This document shows, one piece after another, positions 1-11,441 of a DNA stretch of 64,000 nucleotides. A program made the translations under genes and the position numbers. How positions within the stretch are numbered: position 1 is the first letter of the stretch; every line of letters starts with the position of its first letter. The stretch comes from Nitrospirota bacterium. GTDB lineage: Bacteria; Nitrospirota; UBA9217. The notes beneath the pieces are model-generated. The model was not told the DNA's origin. It saw only the letters and a program-made list of their open reading frames with translations, and searched no databases. The stretch spans positions 672,001 to 736,000 of the forward strand of contig CAWCKW010000012.1 in assembly GCA_963796285.1 (NCBI GenBank), given 5' to 3'.

Positions 1-35
1 AAACTGAATCATGCAGGACTGAAGGAATCCAGATC

Positions 36-1433
36 ATGAATCCAACGGTGGTCATCCTTGCCGCAGGACTTGGTACGCGCATGAGGTCGGACCTTGCCAA
101 GGCGCTCCATGCGCTGGCAGGTCGTCCGCTCATTCAGCATGTTCTGAGCGCCGCCGCCGGTGTCGAGCCGGAAAAGATCATCCTTGTGCTCGGTCACCAG
201 GCAGACAAGGTGAGGAGCGCGGTGGGCGAGTACCGGCCGGAGATCGTGCTGCAGGCAGAGCAACTCGGCACCGGTCACGCAGTTCGACAGGCAACGGAAG
301 CTATTTCCGCGGGGGCGGGTCCCGTTTTGGTCCTGTGCGCCGATACACCGCTGATCACGAGCAAAACTCTCCAGGACGTCGTCGATCTTCACCAAAAATC
401 GCGTGCAACAATTACGCTCGTTACCGCGATGGTGGACAATCCCTTTGGCTACGGCAGGGTGGTGCGCGGGAAATCAGGGGTCATGCGCGTGGTGGAGGAG
501 AAAGACGCCACCGCGGCGCAGAAGAAAATTCAGGAAGTGAACGCGGGGATCTACTGTTTTGACCGTAAGTTCCTGCTTTCATCTCTCATGGTTCTCGGCA
601 AGAACAATGCACAGGGAGAGTACTATCTCCCTGACACCATAGAACTCGCAAAAAAGAAAAAACATCGTGTTTCGGCGTTTCTCTGCCGGGATTCGCATGA
701 GGTGATGGGAGTTAATTCCCGATTCGATCTGAGCCAGGCCGAAGCGATTCTTCGTCGCCGGATAAATCGCCAATGGATGCTCCAAGGCGTCACCCTAGTC
801 GACCCGGATACGGTCTTTGTCGGAAACGACGTTCGGCTGGGGCGTGATGTCGTGATTTACCCCAACGTAATGATCGAGGGCAGGACCACTGTCGGCAATG
901 GCTGTGTTATCCGTCCCGGAACCAGGATCGTCAACAGTGTGATCGCGGATAACGTCCTTGTGAAGGATTGTTCGGTGATCGAGGATAGCGAAATCGCTTC
1001 CAATGCCGTCATTGGGCCTTTCGCACATTTGCGGCCCGGTTCTTTGATCGGACCCCGGGCCAGGATCGGGAATTTTGTCGAAGTGAAGAAATCCACGATC
1101 GGCGAAGGGAGCAAGGCGAGCCACCTCGCGTATATCGGTGATGCGTCCGTAGGACGGGACGTGAACATCGGGGCTGGTGTCATCATCTGCAATTACGATG
1201 GATATGACAAACATCCTACGATTATCGAGGACAACGTTTTCGTGGGCAGCGATTCTCAACTCGTGGCTCCGGTCAAAATAGGGCGCGGTGCGCTTGTTGC
1301 CGCCGGGTCGACGATTACCGATGACGTTCCGGCGGACGCACTTGCCATCAGCCGTATGCCACAGGAAATACGGGAAGGGTTTGCGAGCCGAAGAAGAAGG
1401 ATGAAACAGAAGAGCGATAAAAATACCAAATAA
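36..1433 (+). CDS. glmU: Bifunctional UDP-GlcNAc pyrophosphorylase / glucosamine-1-P N-acetyltransferase
   Basis: LAAGLGTRM nucleotidyltransferase motif, EQLGTGHA, GEYYLPD, C-terminal hexapeptide repeats with GNFVEVK/HLAYIGD/NYDG; adjacent to glmS. Confidence 0.97.
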   Translation: MNPTVVILAAGLGTRMRSDLAKALHALAGRPLIQHVLSAAAGVEPEKIILVLGHQADKVRSAVGEYRPEIVLQAEQLGTGHAVRQATEAISAGAGPVLVLCADTPLITSKTLQDVVDLHQKSRATITLVTAMVDNPFGYGRVVRGKSGVMRVVEEKDATAAQKKIQEVNAGIYCFDRKFLLSSLMVLGKNNAQGEYYLPDTIELAKKKKHRVSAFLCRDSHEVMGVNSRFDLSQAEAILRRRINRQWMLQGVTLVDPDTVFVGNDVRLGRDVVIYPNVMIEGRTTVGNGCVIRPGTRIVNSVIADNVLVKDCSVIEDSEIASNAVIGPFAHLRPGSLIGPRARIGNFVEVKKSTIGEGSKASHLAYIGDASVGRDVNIGAGVIICNYDGYDKHPTIIEDNVFVGSDSQLVAPVKIGRGALVAAGSTITDDVPADALAISRMPQEIREGFASRRRRMKQKSDKNTK

Positions 1434-1545
1434 CAGGCATCAACATCGAATAAGATTCAAGAATCGACCACCAAAAAATATATGTCTTGTTATGTGGTGC
1501 CTGGAATTTGGGTAATATTTGTCTTGTGTAATTTTGAATTTTTAT
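1420..1545. repeat. AT-rich degenerate short-unit inverted repeat array (intergenic)
   Basis: A-rich arm (AATACCAAATAAC...) followed by T-rich arm (TGGTGCCTGGAATTTGG...ATTTTGAATTTT). Confidence 0.35.
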
Positions 1546-1567
1546 AAATAGGGAGGTATAGCGACTT

Positions 1568-3398
1568 ATGTGCGGAATCATAGGGTATATCGGAAAAGAA
1601 CCGGCAGTCCCTATTTTGATCGATGGTCTCAAGAAACTTGAGTACCGCGGGTATGACTCATCCGGTATCGCGGTATTTCAGGATGACAAAATCGTGGTAC
1701 GCAGGGCCGTGGGGAAACTTCAAAACTTGGAGACGCTGCTCCGGGGCGAAACGCTGAGTGGCAGGATCGGCATAGGCCATGTACGCTGGGCCACGCACGG
1801 GAGACCGTCTGAAGAGAACGCGCACCCGCATCTCGCCGGTCGCATAGTCGTGGTCCACAACGGCATCATCGAGAACTATATGGCGCTCAAAAAGGAGCTT
1901 GCGGCGAAGGGGCGTGTTTTTCACTCCGAAACGGATACGGAAGTGATCGCTCATTTGATAGACAGCTTCGTCCAAAATGGCACTTCCCTGGAAGGAGCGG
2001 TGCGCGAAGCGGCACTCCACTTGGAAGGCGCCTATGCGATCGCGGTTATCGACGAGAAAAATCCCGATATCGTCGTCGGTGCGCGAAAAGGAAGCCCCCT
2101 CGTGGTCGGACTCGGCCAGGGCGAGTTCTTCCTCGCCTCAGATATTCCCGCGATCCTGCACCGTACCCGTGACGTGCTGTTCCTGAACGACGATGAGATG
2201 GCAATTCTGTCCAAAGAGGGAGTGAAGATCACTGACCTCAAAGGCGCGGAGGTACATCGAGAGATTACGCGCGTGATGTGGAACCCGGTCATGGCTGAAA
2301 AGGGCGGATACCGGCACTTCATGCTGAAGGAGATTTACGAACAACCGCGTGCCATCCTGGATACCATTCGGGGCAGATTTTCACAGGAAACGGGCGCCAT
2401 TCATCTCGAAGAGATCGGCCCTGCGCTTGACAGGATCCGCAAAGTAAAAAAAATATTCATCGTCGCCTGCGGCACGTCATGGCACGCCGGGCTGGTGGGA
2501 AAATACATGTTCGAGGAGCTCGCAGCCATTTCAACGGAGGTAGACATCGCGTCCGAGTTCCGCTACCGCAGCCCGCTGGTAGGAGAGGGTGATCTGTTCG
2601 TCGCCATTACTCAGTCCGGAGAGACCGCTGATACGCTCGCGGCGATGCGCGAGGCTAAAAAAGAGGGAGCAACGGTCATTGTCATCTGTAATGTCGTGGG
2701 TTCTACCGCGAGCCGGGAGGCCGATGGAATAATCTATACTCATGCCGGACCTGAGATCGGTGTGGCCTCGACCAAGGCCTTTACCGCCCAGCTCGCGGCG
2801 CTTTACCTCTTCGGGCTCTATTTTCGCATCGCTGCGAGGCAACCTGTCGCTTGATGAGATAAAAAAACGGCTCGCCGATCTTGTGCACATTCCCGCGCTG
2901 GTGGAACAATGTCTAGAACAGGATGCCGGGATCGAGCGGATCGCAAAGCACTACTTCAAGGCCAGCGACTTTCTCTATCTCGGAAGGGGACCTAATTTCC
3001 CCGTTGCGCTCGAAGGAGCGCTTAAATTGAAGGAAATCTCATACATCCACGCGGAAGGATATCCCGCGGGAGAAATGAAACATGGACCGATCGCGCTTAT
3101 CGATGAAAACATGCCTGTTGTGGTGCTCGCAGGCAAGAATGGCGTATACGATAAGATCCTGTCGAACATAGAAGAGGTGAAGGCCAGGGGCGGGATCGTT
3201 ATCGGGATTATAACCGACGGAGACACAGAGATCATACCGAAGGTCACCCAGGCCATACCGGTGCCCGCGACCAACCAGCTGCTCATGCCGATCCTCATGT
3301 CGATACCGCTTCAGCTGCTGGCGTATCACATCGCGGTGTTGCGCGGGGCGGATGTGGACCAGCCAAGGAACCTGGCGAAGAGCGTGACGGTGGAGTAG
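1568..3398 (+). CDS. glmS: Glutamine-fructose-6-phosphate aminotransferase (frameshift near 2822, probably a sequencing error)
   Basis: MCGIIG N-terminus, [15 protein letters not shown]-like motif, EGALKLKE and C-terminal [14 protein letters not shown], split over ORFs 1568-2854 and 2742-3398. Confidence 0.95.
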
Positions 3399-3411
3399 CC
3401 GCGGCTCGCTG

Positions 3412-3520
3412 CGGAATTGTATATTGCAAATTGGAAATTGGAAATTGTCAGAGTTGTGGAAGATTTGTAAATTTTTAATCTAAAATTTCCGAATCTTCAA
3501 TTTTCAATTCGACATTCGCA
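3412..3520. repeat. Heptamer tandem/inverted repeat array
   Basis: AAATTGG AAATTGG AAATTGT on the left and TCTTCAA TTTTCAA TTCGACA on the right. Confidence 0.55.
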
Positions 3521-3522
3521 GA

Positions 3523-5776
3523 ATGGCGATTATGGATTATCTTGAAAATTTGAACCCTCCCCAGCTTGAGGCCGTGCTGTATGGCGAGGGTCCGCTTCTG
3601 ATCCTTGCCGGCGCAGGGAGTGGAAAGACGCGGGTGATCACATCCCGGATAGCGCACCTGATCCGGGAGCGGGGAGTTGACCCGGGAACTATCCTTGCGG
3701 TCACCTTCACGAACAAGGCAGCCAACGAGATGCGGGAACGGCTCGAGCGTATGATCGATATGCCGCTCGGGCGCGGCATCGGGTACGGCGGGCTCTGGAT
3801 CAGCACGTTCCACTCATCCTGCGTCAGGATCCTGCGGCAGCACATCGACAAGCTTGGTTACAAGCGGTCATTCGTCATCTACGATGAGACGGACCGCTCT
3901 TCGCTCATCAAGGCCTGCATGTCGGACCTGCGAATAGACACGGAGCAGTATCAGGCCACGGGCGATCGGTGCGCGGATCAGCGCTCTCAAAAACAATCTT
4001 ACGGATGCTGAGAAGTTCGAGAAGACGAGCGCTCATTTCGGTTTTGAGGAGGCCGTTTCCCGGACCTACTCACTGTATCAGGAGAAGCTCAGGGAATCGG
4101 AGGGGCTTGATTTCGACGACCTGCTCATGCTTACGGTAAAGCTCTTTGAACAGCATCAGGACGTGCTCGGTTACTATCAGGGACTGTTTCATCATATCCT
4201 GATCGATGAGTATCAGGATACGAACCACGCCCAGTACCGGTTCGTACGGCTTTTGACCATGCAACGCAAGAACCTCTGCGTGGTAGGAGACGACGACCAG
4301 AGCATCTACAAGTTCCGTGGCGCCGATATCGCGAATATCCTGAATTTCGAAAAGGACTATCCGGACGCAAAGGTCATTAAACTCGAACAGAACTACCGCT
4401 CGACCCAGAATATCCTTGGCGCCGCCGGCGCGGTGGTCGCGCGCAACCTCGGCAGAAAACCCAAAGAGCTCTGGACCAGGAAGCAGGGCGGAGATAAGAT
4501 CCTGTGCTACAAGGCCGTTGACGAGAAGGACGAGGCCCGTTTTATCTGCCGGACGATTCAGCAGGAGGTGGATGAAGGCAGGAGCCTGCGCGACATCGCC
4601 GTCCTCTATCGCACGAATGCCCAGTCCCGCGCGCTGGAAGACGCACTGCGCAATTGGGGGACACCGTACCGGATCTTCGGCGGTCTGCGATTCTATGATC
4701 GCAAAGAGATCAAGGACATCATCGCATATTTGCGGGTGTTGCAGAATTCCGCGGATGTTGTCAGTCTGCGCAGGATCATCAATGTCCCCGCGCGCGGTAT
4801 CGGCGATACCACGGTGGAAAAACTGGAACGAGCGGCCGCACTATCCGGGGTGTCGCTATATCAGGCCGCAGCGGACGCAGATTCAACCGATATCACACCG
4901 GCGGCGAAGAAAAAGCTCCGGGAGTTCATCGGCATGATGGACCGGATTCGCGATGCGCGTGGAACAATGACGATCACGGAACTGGTCCGGAGGATCATCC
5001 TCGAAGCAGGGTATGGCGCGGCGCTCGAGCAGGAGAAGACCATTGAGTCCCGTATCAGGCTTGAGAACCTGAACGAGCTCATGACCGCAACCGAGGACTT
5101 TCAGGAACAGAACCGCAATGCGTCGCTTCCGGAGTTTCTGGACCAGGTGGCGCTCATCACGGATGCGGAACAGCAAATCGCGGCTGATGGCAAGCGTGAA
5201 AATACGGATACCGTGACGCTCATGACCCTGCATAATGCCAAGGGGCTTGAGTTTGCATTGGTGTTTATGGCAGGCATGGAAGAGGGTTTGTTCCCCCATT
5301 CCCGATCCGCCGAGAGCGACGAAGAACTTGAAGAAGAACGCCGGCTTTGCTATGTGGGCATCACGCGGGCCAAGGAACGCTTGATCCTCACCCACGCTTT
5401 GGAGCGCAGACTCTACGGATACCCGCAGGCCAATCTCGTTTCACGATTTGTGCAGGAGATTCCGAGCGAGGCCGTGGACTTTGTGGGGATGGAACGGTCA
5501 TCACCGTCGTACGCATTACGGGACCGTGCTCCATGGAATCTCGCATTGCACAGCACTGCGCGGGCAGCAACAGAGCCTGCCCCCTCCTCACAATCCATGA
5601 GAACAGGTCCCACGGACTCGTACTACAAAGGGGCTGTAGTGAAGCATGCCAAGTTCGGACTCGGCACAGTACAACGCTCTGAGGGAACAGGGGATGACCT
5701 GAAGATCAGCGTGAGCTTTCCCGGATACGGGGTAAAGACACTTGCAGTGAAATTTGCGAATTTAGAAGTAGTTTAA
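3523..5776 (+). CDS. pcrA: ATP-dependent DNA helicase PcrA/UvrD (frameshift near 3955)
   Basis: AGAGSGKT Walker A, TFTNKAA, DEYQDTN, GDDDQSIY, LEQNYRS, TLHNAKGLEF, EERRLCYVGITRA, C-terminal Tudor-like domain. Confidence 0.92.
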
Positions 5777-5780
5777 AGCT

Positions 5781-5855
5781 TAACCAGAGAGTACACAGAG
5801 AAATTCAAGATATAAAATTCTTGATTAAGCTTATTCTCCGTGAGCTCTATGGTTA
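5781..5855. repeat. Intergenic inverted repeat of the ACCACAGAG..CACAGAG / CTCCGTG..CTCTGTGGT type
   Basis: AACCAGAGAGTACACAGAG ... CTCCGTGAGCTCTATGGTT; related copies at ~8092-8236, ~9716-9780 and ~23446-23540. Confidence 0.55.
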
Positions 5856-5869
5856 CATGAGGATTTGCC

Positions 5870-6157
5870 ATGAAGATCACGAAACAGGAAGTTGAACACG
5901 TTGCCCGGCTTGCCCGGCTCGAGTTGTCGGAACAGGAAAAGGAAAAGCTCACGGACCAGCTCTCGAACATTCTCACCTATGTCGAGAAGCTGAACGAGCT
6001 GGACACCACGGGGGTGGAGCCAACAGCCCACGTGCTGGATATCAACAACGTCATGCGCGATGATGTCCCGGGAGAGAGTTTGACCCAGGAGAGGGCGCTG
6101 GCGAACGCGCCGGAAAAGGCTGCAGGACACTATAAGGTGCCGAAGATCATTGAATAG
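5870..6157 (+). CDS. gatC: Asp/Glu-tRNA amidotransferase subunit C
   Basis: EVEHVARLARL, LNELDTTGVEPT, KVPKII; upstream of gatAB. Confidence 0.96.
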   Translation: MKITKQEVEHVARLARLELSEQEKEKLTDQLSNILTYVEKLNELDTTGVEPTAHVLDINNVMRDDVPGESLTQERALANAPEKAAGHYKVPKIIE

Positions 6158-6241
6158 CGCTAGAGACCTTGAGTGGTCAGGAGTTAGAGCAACATGTTTA
6201 CCTGACCCAAATCCTTGGACCCTCTGATTCAAAGGAGAACC

Positions 6242-6619
6242 ATGTTTAGACTGATGCTGCGTTCAAAGATACACCGCGCGACCGTGACGGACGCGAACTT
6301 GGAGTACGAAGGGAGTCTGACCGTGGACCCTGTACTGATGGAGGCAGCGGATATGCTGCCCTATGAGCAGGTGCGGGTCTCGAACCTCAATAACGGAGAA
6401 CGCTTTGAGACGTATCTTATCCCGGGTAAACGCGGCTCAGGCGATATGTGCCTGAACGGTCCGACCGCACGGAAAGGCTCGAAGAGTGACAAGATCATCG
6501 TTTTCTGCTACGAATATTATAACGAACAGGAATTGAAGACTTTTAAACCCAATATCGTGCAGGTAGATGAGAGAAACAAGATCGTTTCCGTGGGCCACGC
6601 TATCAAGGACAAGGAGTAG
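6242..6619 (+). CDS. panD: Aspartate 1-decarboxylase
   Basis: KIHRATVTDANLEYEGS (G-S autocleavage site), NGERFETY, CLNG; AGGAG RBS. Confidence 0.94.
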   Translation: MFRLMLRSKIHRATVTDANLEYEGSLTVDPVLMEAADMLPYEQVRVSNLNNGERFETYLIPGKRGSGDMCLNGPTARKGSKSDKIIVFCYEYYNEQELKTFKPNIVQVDERNKIVSVGHAIKDKE

Positions 6620-6624
6620 TAGGC

Positions 6625-8088
6625 ATGGAGTTATACAATCTCACGATCCACGAACTGCACGAGATGCTGAACAGGGGCGAGACCACCGCCAGGGCCGTGA
6701 CCGAATCCGTGCTCGGCAGGATACAGTCTGTCGATGACAAGGTCAAGGCATACATCACGGTGACCGCGGACGTCGCACGCAAACAGGCAGCGGAAGCGGA
6801 CAAGCGGTTTGCGGCTAAAGACGCGGGCTCGACGCTCCTCGGCATTCCCGTTGCGATCAAGGACAATATGTGCACCGAGGGAATCAGAACGACGTGCGCG
6901 TCAAAGATTCTCGGTAACTTTATTCCGCCCTATGATGCTACAGTGGTCCGGAAGCTGAAACAGGCCGGTGCAGTGATCAGCGGCAAACCGAACCTCGATG
7001 AATTCGCCATGGGGTCGTCTACCGAGAACTCAGGTTTTTCAGATCACCAGAAACCCCTGGGACCTTGAACGTATCCCCGGCGGTTCGAGCGGCGGTTCAG
7101 CAGCCGCCGTGGCAGCAGGCGAGTGTATAGCAGCGCTTGGTTCTGACACAGGCGGCTCCATCCGACAGCCGGCTGCATGCTGCGGCGTCGTGGGGCTCAA
7201 ACCGACTTACGGCAGGGTGTCCCGTTATGGCCTCGTGGCATTCGCTTCATCGCTCGACCAGATCGGCCCTATCACCAAAGACGTGACGGATACGGCGATT
7301 CTCATGAACATGATCGCCGGCCATGATTCGCTGGATTCCACCTCGGCGAACATCTCGGTCCCCGATTTCACCGCTGTGCTCTGAAAAAAGACGTCAAGGG
7401 AATGAAGATCGGCATCCCGAAGGAGTATTTTATCGAGGGCATGGACCCTGAGGTGGACAAGGCGGTGCGGGATGCGGTAAAGACATTGGAAGGACTCGGC
7501 GCAACGGTCAAGGAGGTTTCGCTTCCGCATACCGCCTATGCCGTGGCTACCTACTACATTCTGGCTACCTCCGAGGCAAGCTCGAACCTTGCGCGCTACG
7601 ATGGCGTTAAGTACGGGGTCCGTGCCGCAGGAGCAAAGGACCTTCTCGATATGTACATGAAGTCGCGCAGCCAGGGGTTTGGACCGGAGGTCAAACGAAG
7701 GATCATGCTTGGTACATATGCGCTTTCCGCAGGCTATTATGAGGCCTATTATAAGAAAGGCCAGCAGGTACGGACGCTCATCAAACGCGATTTCGACGAG
7801 GCGTTCAAGGCCGTGGACATCATTGCCACGCCCACAGCGCCGACCGCGGCATTCAAGATCGGGGAGAAATCGGCCGATCCGCTCCAGATGTATCTGTCGG
7901 ACATCTTCACGATCAGCGTGAACCTTGCCGGCATCCCGGGGATCTCGATACCCTGCGGGTTCACGAAGAACAATCTCCCGATCGGATTGCAGCTGCTGGG
8001 CAGGCATTTCGACGAGGAGTCGATCATCCGCGCTTCCTTTGCCTACGAACAGGCAACGGATTGGCATAAGAGGAGAGCAAGGCTTTAA
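6625..8088 (+). CDS. gatA: Asp/Glu-tRNA amidotransferase subunit A (frameshifts near 7037 and 7380)
   Basis: [58 protein letters not shown] across three ORFs. Confidence 0.94.
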
Positions 8089-8091
8089 AAC

Positions 8092-8236
8092 TATCACCAC
8101 ACCCTGCACTCGCGGTTCCGCTCGTTAACGCTGGGCGCAGGCAGAGGGCGCAGAGGGCATAATTCCTGTACAGGAATCATTCGAGATTTAACATTCCAAG
8201 ATTTAAGGTGTTTTCTCCGTGCACTCTGTGGTTAAC
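8092..8236. repeat. Intergenic inverted repeat with a nested ~45-bp palindromic insert
   Basis: CACCAC[ACCCTGC...GCAGGC]AGAGGGCGCAGAGG ... CTCCGTGCACTCTGTGGTT. Confidence 0.45.
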
Positions 8237-8255
8237 GTTTTCGAAGGGATTCATT

Positions 8256-9687
8256 ATGAAATATGAGGCGGTCATCGGCCTGGAAGTGCATGCGCAGCTA
8301 CAGACCAATACAAAGATATTTTGCGGTTGTGAAACGAAGTTCGGCGAGGACGCGAACACAAGGACCTGCCCGGTCTGCATCGGCATGCCCGGCGTTCTGC
8401 CGGTCCTGAACAGAAAGGTCGTGGAGTATGCGGTCAAGACCGGCCTGGCCACGAACTGCACGATCAGCCCGTACAGCCGGTTCGCGCGCAAGAATTATTT
8501 CTACCCCGACCTTCCCAAAGGCTATCAGATATCGCAGTACGAACTGCCGATCTGCGAACATGGATACGTCGAGATCGTGGTCGAGGGAAAAGTGAAGCGC
8601 ATCGGGATAACGCGTATCCATCTCGAAGAGGATGCCGGCAAGAACCTGCATACCTCGGAGGCAGGCGCGAGCCTTGTGGACCTGAACCGCGCGGGCACGC
8701 CGCTGATGGAGATCGTGTCCGAGCCGGACATTCGTACGGCAGAAGAGGCTTCAGAATATCTCCAGAAGCTCCGCGCCATCCTGCGTTACATAGAAGTGTC
8801 CGATGCTGACATGGAAAAGGGGAACTTCCGGTGCGATGCAAACGTCTCCATCCGTCCGGTTGGGGCACACGGAATTCGGCACCCGCGCTGAGATAAAAAA
8901 TGTGAACTCCTTCAAGTTCGTGCAGAAGGCGATCGAGTACGAGATCAAGCGCCAGGCCCAGGTCCTCGATGAAGGTGGCCGGGTGGTGCAGGAGACACGG
9001 CTTTTTGACTCGAACAAAGGTGTTACCTTCTCGATGCGCAGCAAAGAAGAGGCGCACGACTACCGGTATTTCCCGGAGCCTGACCTCGTTCCGGTGGTCG
9101 TATCAAAGGATATGATCGAAGATATCCGGAAAACCATCACCGAACTGCCGGATGCCAAACGCGAACGGTTCGCGCGCACCTATGGTCTTCCGGAATACGA
9201 CGCTGATATGCTGACGCAGAGCCGGGCCATGGCTTTGTATTACGAGGAAGCGGTCAAACTCTCAGGCCAGCCCAAGGCGGTCTCGAACTGGATGATGGGC
9301 GAGCTTATGCGGCTATTGAATACCGAGAATAAGGAGATCGAGGCAAGCCCCATCAAACCGGACCGTCTCGCGGGAATGATCAAAATGATCGAGGCTGGAG
9401 TGATCAGCATCAAGATCGCCAAGACCGTGTTCGAGGAGATGTATACGAGCGGCAAGAACGCGGAGACCATTGTAGTGGAGCAGGGTCTGGTGCAGGTCTC
9501 GGACACCGGCGCCATAGAAAAGGTCATCGACGAGGTAATCAAGGCCAACCCTGGCCAGCACGCAGACTACAAGTCAGGTAAGGAAAAGCTCTTCGGATAT
9601 TTCGTGGGGCAGGTGATGAAAGCAAGCAAGGGCAAGGCGAACCCGGATATGGTGAATCAGTTGCTGAAGAAGAAACTGAGCGAATAA
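8256..9687 (+). CDS. gatB: Asp/Glu-tRNA amidotransferase subunit B (frameshift near 8865)
   Basis: [68 protein letters not shown]. Confidence 0.95.
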
Positions 9688-9872
9688 AGAACGATGATTT
9701 CGTAGTAAGCCGGATTTAACCATGGAGGTCCAGGAGAACACGGAGGAAATATAAATTATTAAAATAGTATTCTCCGTGTCATAGATTTATGGCGTAATGT
9801 AACTTAATACGAATGCAAGAAAATGTGACCAGATAAGGTCAATAGTAAAAAATACTGCAAGGGGGCTTTGAG

Positions 9873-10565
9873 ATGCTTGAATCGATACACAAACACATGA
9901 ACTGGATAATGTGGGCCATCGTGGTCCTGATCACCGTGACCTTTCTTTTCTTCGGGATCTATCCGTCCAATGTTGGCGGAAGTTCGGTGGCAAAGGTCGG
10001 CGGGGACGTTATTACTGCCGAAGAATTCAACAGGGTGTACAGGAATTTGTACGATAATTATAAACAGCAGCTCAAGGACCAGTTCAATGAGTCATTCGCC
10101 AAAAGCCTGAAGTCTCAGGCCATGCAGGAACTGGTTGTAGGAAAACTGCTCGTTCAGGAGGCCGAACGGGTAGGTCTGCGGATCAGCGATGAGGAACTTC
10201 AGGCCGAGATCATGAAGATGCCCTCATTTGCCAGGGACGGCAGGTTCGATAAGAAGCTCTATGACAGGATCCTCGACCAGATAAATATGAAGCCTGCGGC
10301 ATTTGAGGCAAGCCAGCGTGAGTTCATGCTCAGGCAGAAGTTGGAACAGATTGTGAAAGACGGTGTCGTGGTGACCGATGCCGAGCTGGCAGCTGCCTAC
10401 CAGCAGAGAAATCCCAAGGCAAAGCCAGGTGATTTCGATAAGAACAAGGAACTGTTCAAACAAACGCTCCTTGCCGAAAAACAAAGAAACGCGATAACTG
10501 CGTATGTACGCGAGATCCAGAGCAGGACGAAAGTAACGATCGACAATAAGGCGATCGCGTCATAA
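9873..10565 (+). CDS. SurA N-terminal domain / PpiD-like membrane-anchored chaperone lacking an evident PPIase domain
   Basis: N-terminal TM anchor, VAKVGGDVIT, LLVQEAERVGLRISDEEL, F.RDGRFD. Confidence 0.75.
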   Translation: MLESIHKHMNWIMWAIVVLITVTFLFFGIYPSNVGGSSVAKVGGDVITAEEFNRVYRNLYDNYKQQLKDQFNESFAKSLKSQAMQELVVGKLLVQEAERVGLRISDEELQAEIMKMPSFARDGRFDKKLYDRILDQINMKPAAFEASQREFMLRQKLEQIVKDGVVVTDAELAAAYQQRNPKAKPGDFDKNKELFKQTLLAEKQRNAITAYVREIQSRTKVTIDNKAIAS

Positions 10566-10657
10566 CGGGCTTCACTTGGAGAGACCATACAGTTGCATGG
10601 TTTGAGGGGTTGCAAACCTTCTGACCATGCAATCTTTTTTCGATCATCCAACCGTTT

Positions 10658-11386
10658 TCAGATGCCTGAATTCCAATCCAGGTCTCCGGTCATTTCCCAC
10701 TGGATGAAATTTCTGATCTTCAGCAGGGTTTCTCGCGGGATATCGACAAAACGGAGACCCATGCCCGGTTCTACCTCGAACTGGGTGCCGAGCTGAAAGG
10801 TGCGGACGACTTCCGCAGGAAGTTCTATTGATTCAGCGTCATGGGGGAGCGTGAACCGGATATGAAGGAGTTTGCCTTCCGGCAGAGGATTAAGGGTACG
10901 AAGATATAATCCGCCTTCCGACAGATTCACACTCGTCAGCACCATTTTCGTCATGCCTTCCGCAATTTCCACGCGCATCTTGACCGCGATACGCGGAGTG
11001 GTCCTCGGCTGTCCGCAGAGCCGCGAAAGTACCCCATACATGAGAGCCAAATCCAGCGGTTTTGTGAGCACAGCTGAGCATCCTTGTGAAAGCAGAGCCT
11101 GAATTTTTGCGGGATCATCATTGGTCATAAATACGACCAACGGCTGGTCTTTGAGCACTGGATCGGTTCTCAACAAGGTGATAGCGGTCTGTAGTTCAGG
11201 CTCCAACAGTTCTCCATCAAAGAGTGTAAGCGAGAAAGGAGATTTTTGGGCAAGACGTATGCCCTCGTCCGGGGTCTTGGCGAGTATGGAGGAAAACCAG
11301 ATGCGGCTGAGAAGCACACCCAAATACATCTGACCAGCAGAAGAACGACAGATTATGAGAACCCGCTTTTTTTCTGACATGTACAT
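10658..11386 (-). CDS. Atypical receiver domain + PilZ domain protein
   Basis: REC-like fold ending in LTKP; PilZ motifs RxxxR (RTTPR), NLSEGG, GMGLRF. Confidence 0.8.
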   Translation of the reverse strand: MYMSEKKRVLIICRSSAGQMYLGVLLSRIWFSSILAKTPDEGIRLAQKSPFSLTLFDGELLEPELQTAITLLRTDPVLKDQPLVVFMTNDDPAKIQALLSQGCSAVLTKPLDLALMYGVLSRLCGQPRTTPRIAVKMRVEIAEGMTKMVLTSVNLSEGGLYLRTLNPLPEGKLLHIRFTLPHDAESIELPAEVVRTFQLGTQFEVEPGMGLRFVDIPRETLLKIRNFIQWEMTGDLDWNSGI

Positions 11387-11441
11387 TCCCCTCCATTAAA
11401 CAATGAATTTATCCAGATTAGAGCATGGAAGCGTTCCGATG

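Noticed and set aside
1434-1567. glmS ribozyme upstream of glmS
   Set aside because: The region is a short AT-rich repeat array with no recognisable ribozyme core.
1568-9687. Frameshifts in glmS, pcrA, gatA and gatB as pseudogenisation or programmed frameshifting
   Set aside because: These are essential genes with otherwise intact motifs, and several shifts are single-base indels in short homopolymers. Sequencing error is the simplest explanation.
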